Under the pieces are notes generated by a model. The model saw only the letters and a program-made list of their open reading frames with translations. It did not search any database and was not told the DNA's origin. Below, in pieces: positions 50,359 through 61,012 of a stretch of 64,000 nucleotides of DNA (the stretch's first letter is position 1; the number at the start of each line of letters is the position of its first letter). Both the position numbers and the translations under genes were made by a program. The stretch comes from Dicyema japonicum (taxonomy: Eukaryota > Animalia > Dicyemida): the NCBI GenBank assembly GCA_011109175.1, contig RDEW01000018.1:426618-490617 (forward strand), given 5' to 3'.

Positions 50359-52733
50359 ATGGAAATACTTTCATTATATGCGCGTTGCATCCAGAATATT
50401 AGAACAAACTTTTGTGAGAAGAAATATCAAGAATTATGCGAAAAATCTAAGAAAATAATTTCTAAAAAGATTATTTAAAGAAATGAGATATTCGAATGAT
50501 TTCCCTTTAAAAAGAGTATTAAAAGATTCAGATTCAAAAATATACAAGATTCCAGATGTAGTACAGAATAATATTTTTTGTGTTGAATTGACTAATCGCA
50601 AAAGTAGACGTTAGAGATGTTGTCAAGATGATTCAAGTTTATCCTAATTTATCAAATATTAAAATAAGTGTCCTATACTCATCAGAAGAGAATCCTATAC
50701 TACCGTTTTTACCTAATCACATCAAATCATTCACACTTTTAGACACTGATGACCCAGATTTGCTACATTCTCTTTTTATGACTGGATTTACCAAAATAAC
50801 ATTCCTTGAACTTTCTAGTGAATCTTCTTATAATCCTACAATTTTTAAAAATAGCACATTGAAAATAATGGAGAAACTGGAACACATAGAATTTTTTAAC
50901 GTTAAAATTATCGACTTTGAAGAATTTTCTGCAAACTTAAACTGTCCAGAGTCTTTATGGTTCATTTTAAAAAGTAAAATTCAGTTATTTTGCGTACATG
51001 ATTTATGGAGATTATAACAAGATATATTTGGATACAAGTATTATTAGCTCTTTTATCAAAAAAGCAAAGAATCTAACTTTTCTAAATTTATCGGGGTATT
51101 TCTTTGACGTTCATAAAGTTACAGAGTAATTGATTATAATAATCTTAGCCAAATGAAAATAAATGGATTGAATAAACTTCATTCTAAGTTGACCATCATT
51201 TTCACTAAAGATATAAACCAATCGGTACATTTGAGAATATAATATAGAATGATCGAGAATCGGCATTAAATAACTTAGTAAGGTTTGCCTATGAAGGACC
51301 TCCCGGACTATTGGATGAAACCCTGAATACGTTGAGCAATATTAAAATTCGAAATAACTTCATAAATCGATTTTTGAGAGTATTTTGAAAATATTATTAT
51401 AGCTTCTTTCTAAGAAATATAAGGTTGATGACTATAAGAATTCAGATAATATTATGTAACTTAATTGTATAAATACAGATCGATTCTTAATGACATCACC
51501 GACAAGCACCAGATTTCATATTTTAATCGTTGGTATGAGTTGATATTATTCTTAGTTTAATTTATGATATTTTTCTTCACGTGACTTTTGGTTACCATGC
51601 ATTTTCGTGAAGATTATGTACTATAATTTTAAACTATTAGTTTATCGATAATTGTCTAAAGTTATTAGAATTTTTAAGACCATGGGAGAGATATCAATTT
51701 TCGTTTGATAAATTATTTCAATTTAGTTTACCTGCGTTGTGTTTAACGTACAAAGGAATATTTTTATTGGGCTACCCCGAATATCAATATTTCCTTTATT
51801 GTCGCCCTATTATAAATTCTATGAGCAGAGAATTTCTATATTTTCTTGGTTCTTCAGGATTATCAAAGTTTAAAATTAATGACATGGTAATTTTAGAAGT
51901 GCGTTGAATGTCTTGAAACGTGTAATTACAGAGACTCTTACATATTAAATGTGTTGAAAGATTTTTTAGGTATTCAAAATATATTTAGTTAGACGAAAAT
52001 GAAAAAAATTTGGATTTATTTGTCGAACTAAATGGAATTTATCATATTCACAATATTTTTAAAAAACTTACATTTAAACGCCGAATTGAAGGAGATCAAA
52101 TCATAATTCCAACAATTTTTGCTTTGGAAACTTTAGCTAAATTTCCAAAAGCTAGAAAATTACTAGTATCGTATGGAATAATAGAAGATTTATTGTAAAA
52201 TTTATGTTTCATTAAAGGAATCTTCCTTACAACGAACTTAAATTTTTTGACCAATATTTTATCTGGAGTTTCATGTGTTTCATATTGGGGGATGCAAATG
52301 ATGTTTGTCTCACATTTGTAAGTTTGGATATCGGTAATTTGAATCCAAAAGAATTTATTCTAAATAAGATTTTTAAATTTATAAAAAAATTTCCATATGT
52401 AGCAAATTATGATAATATCTATAATAGGTATTTTAATATTCTATGTCGAAGGTCATTGATGCCAACAATAAATTTATTAAATTTTACACGGATGAGCGAA
52501 TTTGGCTATGGGCTGTCTGGGAATTTGCTAATTTAACAACTGAATATCGTAAATCTTTATTGTAATAATAGGAAATGAATTTATGGGCATGTTGGTTCCG
52601 CATAACATTATTCAAAAAATTGAGAATATATGTGCAATCCAATATGGAAGAGATCCATCACTATGCAGCAATTTTTATAACAAATTACAATGTTTTTATT
52701 TTATAATTTTAGAAATATATTAATCGTCACTAA
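50359..52733 (+). CDS. BC-box / LRR-like / ARM-like protein, ZYG11/ZER1-like, paralogue 3 (most divergent, several homopolymer frameshifts)
   Basis: SLYARCIQNI BC-box, MIQVYPNLSNIK, DPDLLHSLFMTGF, ETLAKFPKAR and WLWAVWEFANL, with the same intron positions as paralogues 1 and 2. Confidence 0.7.
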
Positions 52734-52949
52734 TTAAGTCTTCAAGTTAACTAATCCTTTTTAACATGTGTGTTTTATGTGTGGTATTATGTGTTTTCTT
52801 AGTTTTAAGGGATCACAGATTTTTTTCTTTTTTTCATATAGCCGTCTTAAACAAAGTAATACTTTCGGATAGATCATCTCTATCTACTCTGTCGAGAAAA
52901 CAAACCAACTTACAACCCACTTTATTTTACCAAAGATAAAAAGTCAATA

Positions 52950-53250
52950 TTCAATAATCAACAACTCTATTGCACCCAATAAGTTTCGGAATTCTTCAAG
53001 CAATTAAAAAGCTAAACACTGGAATGAATATCTGCAAGACCAGAAATTATCTCAGCAGAACTTTTAATATATGCCCGTAAGATCTAGCCAAAATGATCAC
53101 CAATGTTTTCAATGGATCTCTTCATGAAGACCATAAGTTTGAACTGGGGAAGGTTGGCTAATACCTTTACAAAACCCAAGAAAGCTATTGAAATACTTGT
53201 CATTATATGTCCCGTGCATTCGATTTGGTACACATGGGAAAACTTATAAG
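52950..53250 (+). mobile_element. RTE LINE internally deleted RT fragment
   Basis: AIKKL...ISAELL.YA...MITNVFN...LIPLQ, then MSRAFD. Confidence 0.5.
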
Positions 53251-53385
53251 TAGGGCGATTTTTGTCAATAAGTAAAAAATGATGTGTTCTTTATAATTGT
53301 TTTAAACCTATAAAAATGTAGCTTTTAATCAAAAAATGTTATATTAATCAAAAGTGGTAAGTCAAAAAAAGTCGAAATTTTGAGT
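53251..53385 (+). mobile_element. Solo left end of the hAT family seen at 16578
   Basis: TAGGGCGATTTTTGTCAATAA...TATAAAAATGT..TTTTAATCAAAAA aligns with 16578-16710. Confidence 0.7.
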
Positions 53386-54867
53386 TTACTTTAGCCACGT
53401 GTTACATCTAAATGACAGGTCCCCACAAATGTCCAAAATCGCCGAATAATCTCCAAAATCGCATTTTAACTATACTATAAAAAATCAAAATTTCGACCTC
53501 TTCTATCTAGAAACTCGCCCACGTGGTTCCTTGATTTAACTGGGGTGAATTTACCTCGCGATGAATTTACCGGTTACCGAATTGGAAAGCTGTGTTAGTA
53601 GTGGGATTTAAAACTTTTTTCCTATAAAATTCAAATCAATTCATGACCGCCTCTATGAAGAAATCGCCAAGATAACACACAGAAAGTATGCTACAAATGA
53701 ATGGTTTTAATTACGTTCTTACCCCCAAAGGACTTAAAAATAATTATATGCATACAAAGTTGGTTACGAACATGTGAACAGAAAGTTTTCAGATTGTATT
53801 GAGACATACCATCTGATAATAGACAATCTCAAGGTGACTCTGATCTTTGTGCTTGTAATAGACCTTCTGAGTAGGTTACAAAATATAAAATACTCAAAAG
53901 TGGTTATTGACAATCAAACCTAGGATCTCTTAATTATGCAAATAACCACCTCTGTTTATGGAGGACATATAAATATTTTCATGAAAAGAATACACAATAA
54001 TTTAACCGAAATCTCGAAGTCTGAAGCTTGTTTATTTGACAGAATTTATGAATATCGATTTGAGTCATAGATGCTAGAAAAGCAGCATTTAAAAAAATTC
54101 GGTAAGTCAATTTTTGAATATTAATAAAGAGTACCGAATATATGACACTTGCAAGATTGAATTCGGCTAACATAATCAAATCAAAAAATTATCATCTAAT
54201 CTGGCCTCTATTCGTCCTTGTGGTAAGCTCAGTGCTCGAGTAGTAATGTCTTTTTTTATTTTCGAGTAATATTTAAGACCAAGAAATATTAATCATTTTG
54301 CCTGGAAACACACATGTATTTTGTAAAATAGTAAAATTCTCTTTCTGCAGCGATAAAGTATAGGGTTTTAACTATGACTTAATTGCTTAATATTAATTAT
54401 ATTTTTTTCAAAAATGGATTGATAGCGCTTTTTGTGTCAAATTAAGGTTAAGGATGACATATTACTTTTTGATAACCTCGGATATATCTGAAAGAAGTTT
54501 AGTCCAGTTCCCAAGGCTGTATGGGGCGCATCAATTTTACCCATATTCCCCATTACGCGAAATCCTCTATTAGAGTAGGGTAAGGAGAGATATTTTTGGA
54601 GCTAATCCGCATGAATCTGGCCGCGTAGTCCTTATCATCGATTTGATCTTAAATATCTCATTTTCTCAATAATTTTAATACCTCTCTAATTAGGGGGTCC
54701 ATCCTTGTAATAAGAAGAATTCAGAGTCTCAATTATTCAAATGATCTTGCAAAATTTCAATGAATTTCCTTCCTCGCTTGGCTGAATTGTCCCCTTTTAG
54801 AAGTAATATTCGTTCAAAATGACCAAATAAGGAAATTATTCAAAATAAATGATCAAAATGAGAAGAA

Positions 54868-55452
54868 ATGCGAATGAATTCAGAAAATTTAACAAATAAA
54901 GAAAATCCTGTTATCAACAAGGAAAATGTTGTAGAAAAGAAATCAGAAGACTTTGTCACTTTTAATGAATTTGAGCCAATTTTGATAAGAAAGCTAAACT
55001 TTTTCCACGTGGATTACGAGATTCATCCATTACTATCTATCCCCCTGATTATCCCAGAAACAGTGAAACGAATTATCACTAACGATATCCAAAACGCGAT
55101 TCCCAAATACTACATGTACGACTGCAGGACTGAGGAGGAGTTCAAAGGAGGCCATATTTTGGGGGCGACCTTATTTGCGGAGGATGACATCAAGGAAAAA
55201 ATCCAAAATTCTAAAAAAGGAACATTATTTTTGTTTTATTGTCAATATTCGTCACGGAGATGTGTGAAGGCGGTCTCCAAAATAAAGAAGGAGATCATGA
55301 TGAACTCAGACGTCGGGAAAATGACGACATATCCGAATTTATCAATTATCAAAGGAGGGTATGACAGATTTTTCAGAGAATATCCAAAATATTGCAAACC
55401 TCGCGGTTATTTGAAAGAAGAAGATATTTGTGATTTTTACAATTATTTATAA
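54868..55452 (+). CDS. cdc25: Cdc25-like (rhodanese-fold) dual-specificity phosphatase, catalytic domain only, intronless
   Basis: DCR...EFKGGHILGA (CH2A motif), active loop YCQYSSRR (C-x5-R), and YPNLSIIKGGYDRFF..YPKYCKPRGY (CH2B motif). Intact 194-aa ORF. Confidence 0.85.
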   Translation: MRMNSENLTNKENPVINKENVVEKKSEDFVTFNEFEPILIRKLNFFHVDYEIHPLLSIPLIIPETVKRIITNDIQNAIPKYYMYDCRTEEEFKGGHILGATLFAEDDIKEKIQNSKKGTLFLFYCQYSSRRCVKAVSKIKKEIMMNSDVGKMTTYPNLSIIKGGYDRFFREYPKYCKPRGYLKEEDICDFYNYL

Positions 55453-56049
55453 ATATGTTATTTACAATAAATTGATATTATAACTCAAATAGTCGCTTTC
55501 GTTATATTTTTGAGTCTCGATTTAGCTTTTTGATTAAAACTCAATATCTTTTATTTTTAACCCCAATTTCGTTAACTCGAGGAAATTGAAGCTCCCAGAG
55601 ATTCAGTACTTTCAGATCGAGCTCTAGTAGTCCAAGGTTCTTCTTATTTGTCTGTGGTTAGGGCATTCAAGTAATGGAAAGTTGGGTGGTTGGTCTCAGG
55701 AAAATGTCGGAAATATTGAGAAACAATAATTGCATAAGAGATTCCAAAAAAATATTCAAAAAGGTTTTTTTATAATTATAATTTTAGAAAAGAAAATATG
55801 ATGAAATCTACCTCTCATATGGGTTTTTTCAGAACGGATATTATTTACCGCATACGTCAGAATGTGTAATATGCCATCATATAATGCCTGCTCCTGCCAA
55901 CATTTATTGATGAAGCATCCTCATTTAAAGAATAAAGATACCTTTTTCAAAACAAATTGAATGAATCTACACTGTGCAAGTTAGAAATGTCCAATTTTGC
56001 GAAAGACGACAACTTAAAATCGATAAGAGCATCTTATGAAGTATATAAT

Positions 56050-57545
56050 TAGTTTCCGATGCAAGAGGAAGACTTCTACTCTCGCAGTCTGGAAAACTGA
56101 TGATCATTAATGACTCCTCTACACACAAGAACCCTTTTCAGGAATTCTGACCAACCCACATCCCCAGACATCACTCTCTGCTCTCCAACCCTTTCTACAG
56201 GAGTAACTTGGTTTGTCATATACGATACCGGAAGCGATCACAACCCTATTTTATTGAAGATCAGGAAGGAGGTATTTTTTATAAGAAGCCGACCTACATA
56301 TGCAAATCCGCAAACTGGAACCTTTTCCGGATTATTACTGAATATCGTTTGGAGGATTTCTCCTCCCTTGACAAGGCGGTGTATCACATAAATGACATCA
56401 TTCTGCAAGGGAGAAAATGGCTGTCACAATAAGACACACCTGCTACACAAGAGGCTTTGGTCAACGAAAGAAAAAGCCTCAAAAAGGCTGGAATTCGCTC
56501 AACCGAGGCAAAACTCCGACTGAAAGCACTTAATGAAAATATAAAGGCAAGAACTTAAGATACAGAAGTAAAATGGTCACGAGTTCTCAAAGCTTTGAAC
56601 TGAAATCAGACAACCGCCCAAGTATGGAAATTCAGGGCTGATGATAGACCAACCGACGAATCCGGTTAGACCAACCGACAGCATGAAGGATCTGAATTGC
56701 ATCATGAAGTATTATGTGAAAATTGCCCATAAAAAGAAACGAAAGATCAAGACAAATCAACTACCTTTGGAAAAACCGAAGAGAGGCCGCTTATCTTACT
56801 ACTTTTAGAAACGGATGTAAAAGAAGCACTGCTCAATACAAACACTACCTATTCCCACGGCCCAGATGGAATCCCTGTTATCTTGCTAAAAAAAATCTTA
56901 GTCCGGAGGGGATCAGGACCTATACAAAGATCTATAATTAATCTTTAAGGGAAAACGCGATTCCCTCACTATGGAAACTCCTTTACATCCGCCCGATATT
57001 GAAGATGGGAAAACCAAAAAACGACCCGGCATCATTCAGAACGGTATCGTTGCTATTTTCAATGTCGAAAATTCTGGAAAAACTAGTTCTTCAGAAGATC
57101 AGAGGAACAATCTAAGAGAAACCATTCCAACACGGATTTAAATCCCTTCACTCGACGGATTCCCACCAACTATCTGAGTGATTTTATTCGCTCGGGTTTC
57201 ACAAAACAAACCAAAGCACAAAAAGACAATTCTATGTCATGTAGATATTCACAAGCTAGTCGACTGCATCCCAAGAAAATGACTCACCAGGAAAATCTCT
57301 CAGACGGATATACCTGAGAATTTCAAATACTCTTCAACCTTTTCTTGAATGATATCCCGAGTCCGGAGCATGAGGATGATCTTTCACTGGCTTATGTTAT
57401 TGCATCCAGGGACCAAAACGTTCAGGTCGTCTCGGAGAGATTACTTGTAAACTGCTTTATCTACTGGTTAAATAAAAACAATCTGTCGATCAGCCCGGAA
57501 AAGTCGGTTACGTCTCTCCTCCCTCTGATAAGAGAATATTCAACA
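56050..57545 (+). mobile_element. I/Jockey-group LINE (APE C-terminus + RT), degenerate
   Basis: SPDITLCS...DTGSDHNPI, GPDGIP, SFRTVSLL..MSKILEK, QHGFK and SISPEKSVT. Confidence 0.8.
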
Positions 57546-57563
57546 GGACAGTGAATAATAGAA

Positions 57564-57950
57564 CAGTGGTTCTCAAACTTTTTAAAAAAAGACGTCGCGG
57601 TTCTCTTTATTACTTTTTTAATTGCTTGCGGTCCTAAATTAGTGAATTAACATTTTAACACAAAATATTGCAAAATTAATGAGATGGATGCACTTGTTTA
57701 ACCATCAACAGTTTTTCTAACTCGGTTTGTGTTTTGGATAATGCAACCCTCATGACATTTGACACATCTAATCTATTGCGGAATTTTGATTTGATGGTAA
57801 GTAGTGCTGAAAATCCTGTCTCAAACTCAAATGTAGTTGCGAATGGAATAAACACTTTGAGGCCATTTATGCCAATTCTGAATAGGAATCAGATATTTGA
57901 ATCCAAAAATCGGTTTAAGAAACTTTCTTTAAAACGTGTTTAGCATATAC
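57564..57950 (-). mobile_element. Buster hAT 3' end
   Basis: TIR CAGTGGTTCTCAAACTT at 57564. Minus-strand IPFATTFEFETGFSALLTIKSKFRNRLDV is the hAT dimerisation domain. Confidence 0.8.
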
Positions 57951-58439
57951 ATTATTAAACAAATCTATAAATTGTTCTTGAATTATATGGTTTTCAGAAG
58001 GGAGATCCTTAATTGAAATTGCAAATCGGTTGCTGAGAGTTACTAGTACTCATCAAATCCAGAAATATCAGGAAAATATCTAAAAATTTATAAATATCGA
58101 AAAAATACCTAGAAATTTCTCTAATAATAATATATGTTGTTTCATCACAAGTGATCTTGACAAATTAATCCAAGCTCTAAGCTTATCTCGATGCTCCTAC
58201 ATCGATCCTACACACGCTCATTGAGGCCGGGGGTTTTCCTGGTCACTTTAATCAGGTCACCTCAGTTATTCTTTCTGATTAAAAGCTCCAGGGACGTCAG
58301 TATCATGCTCTTTCCGTTCGTTGACAGCTTTTCTCACTTCAAAAGCTTTTTTCGTATAGCCGCGGTTTTCTATGCATTATTCCAAGAGATTTAAGGTCCA
58401 CATTAGCCACCTGCATAGGAAATGCTCGATATATTCACA

Positions 58440-58900
58440 GTATATATTCACAATTCAAATGACTTATTTGATATTTTCTTGTCCGAGATGAATAGGATGT
58501 AACGGATTTTTCTGGGCTAATTGTCAGTGGTTTTCGCTCAGCCACACAAACAAACAGCTCAGGCAATGTTGTACTATCTCCGCGGCTGCCTGAACGTTGT
58601 CTGAATAAGTCAAGAGTAGATCGTTTTTTTCACTCGGTATCGGGTTGTCATCCAAAAGTAAGTTGAAAGTAGCGAGGAAAGTGGTTAACTCTGGGGCACT
58701 CGATTAGGAAATAGTTGAGAGATTGATCTGATATTTCAATGCACACTCGCCCTTTTCCTCTTTAAGAAAGTTAGCAAGCCAGAGTTTGAAATTCCCAGGA
58801 ATATCAGTCTGGAATATTTCAAAGTAAAATTCTTTCTGGGAATAAATTCAAAGAACCTATTACATATATCCACGTGCACAAAACGGACTTCTGATGTCTG
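58440..58900 (-). mobile_element. I/Jockey-group LINE RT fragment
   Basis: TDIPGNFKLWLANFL, RVPQS, LFNLLLDD and ISPEKSVT, homologous to 57300-57545. Confidence 0.65.
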
Positions 58901-60503
58901 CATTTGTTAAAGAAACCAGAGTGAATAAAGTCACTTAGATGACTGTAGTTGAGTGGTATTTTTTAAAATTATTTTATTTATTTATTAAACACCAAAGACC
59001 ACGGTAAAACCAAACTAGCTATTACGTGATTCCGATGCGTTCCACCAAAATCCTCATCCTTTCCCGGTGCTCCTCCCTCGTGCCCACACAAGCTCGTACT
59101 GAGCGGCTGACTGTATTTGTAAACCCACCTTCCCGCGTGCCGGAGTTTAGTTTTATGAGGGCCTCCAGAGTAGTCGGTCAGGTTCTGTGTCTCCCACAAG
59201 TTCGAAGTTGAAGGGGATCGAAGTCTTTCATCAAAAGTCACTGTGATTCTAAAAAGGTTCTCCTCACCCCCAAGACTAAGTCCTTTCTAGGTACTTGTGA
59301 AGAGAAAGAGACGTCTCCAAAACTCCCAAAATATCCCTATAGGAACTTTCTTTTTAGTGGGACTCTGGGAACAAGGAAGGATGACAAAGAAATGGCGTAG
59401 GTCAAAAAGTCACTCGATGCACTGTTATGGCTGTCATTCATGGGGGTTGGAAATTCTATATCCAGGGGGTCATACTGAGAAGAGGAGTTCCACGTAGGTC
59501 TATATTCAGTCTGCTTCTTTTTAATTGTGATGAGTTAGATCCATAATCTGGGGAACCGAATACTCAGATGATTGTTAGCACATTGTTCGTGGACATAATC
59601 GTAAGTAAATTAATTTCTTGGAAAGAGTTGAGTCTCACATTTGAAAATTGAAGAGGGTTGTCGAGATATGGGCTTAACCTAATCACCGTGACATTTCACG
59701 GTTAGTTGGACTGTAAAAACAGGAAAATTTTAACTAATGTGAGAATGCAGGACAAATTATGGCTTCTGAAAATTAACATAACTTGAGGTATGTATAGGAG
59801 TTTTATAAGATCATATTAAATATGGAGGAAGCAACATGAAAGTCATTAACATGGTTCATTTTTTTATACTAGCCGTTCTTGTTATATGGTTTCCAAGGAT
59901 GGCTGGAATTAATGAAGGAAATAAATTTGTAGAACTAGTAGATAAAACTGAAAGATATGCACCCTCCCCACACATTCGGACTTTAGTAGCTAATAGTTTT
60001 GACGTCATGGACTAGTTTTCCTTTAATCATTTTCTTAATTCAAACTTTAAGCAAACATCATCCTCAGAGAGATAATCTTTAGTTGATCATTTCAATATCG
60101 ATATCAGTTTTTCCGTGAGTCGTATAGTGTGACCACTTATATTCATGTTCTCCCACATACTCTTAAGAGTCTTCCTGATCATAACAGTCGGAATACATGG
60201 CTGTCATCCACTTTGTATATACTTTTCCACAATACTCTCTATACTTGGGTTTCCTTTAATTCCTTTTGCAAAGGAGATTCTACTACTTCCCAACTACTTT
60301 TATGTCGAACACGAAAAAATCTGGTTTGTTATTTTGTACCTTCGTATCTGGTGGCAACTATTATATACACTTTAATCTGTTCGCACAATAGACTGCATAA
60401 AGTGTATGTTAAGTCACCAAGTCTCCTTACTTTCACATTAGAGACATAAGGTACAGATTTATGCATTTAACTAACTCATTATGACTTCGCATGTAGTCAC
60501 TGT

Positions 60504-60846
60504 GGGTGGCTTAGTGGTTGAAGTATCTGTAGCTAACTTGTTGGTTGCGGGTTCCAGTCCCAGTGCTGCTGTGCCCGAAAGCTCCGACCGGATTTGACAA
60601 GTTACGCCGTCATGGACGTCCTATCAACAGGAGTTTCCAAACATGAAAGGATCCGATGAACGTTATAGAGCTTCGTACGTATTGATCAGCCACTTAGAGA
60701 TTCTGGTCTCCATTTGGATTAATTAGCCCATTTTGGATAACTTGTTCTCTCTCTTGTTCTTAAAATAAAGTAAGCCAAAAATGTGTGGCTGGCCCGAGTG
60801 AGATGTCGACATGTCGTCTTCATCTCGCGGACGGGCGGAAAAAAAA
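60504..60846 (+). mobile_element. tRNA-headed SINE with A tail and 11-bp TSD
   Basis: A-box TGGCTTAGTGG at 60507-60517, B-box-like GGTTCCAGTCC at 60550-60560, A8 tail at 60839-60846, and direct repeat GTAGTCACTGT at 60493-60503 and 60847-60857. Confidence 0.75.
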
Positions 60847-61012
60847 GTAGTCACTGTTTACCATACGACCACACCTTGTCACTAGTCATCGACACTTTCC
60901 CTGGCAGAATTAAATTTGGCTTAAATAAAATATAATAATTAATTATAATTATGCAATAATTTTATACACAATATATTTATTAAATAATAATAAAATTTTA
61001 CATCGATTTTAA

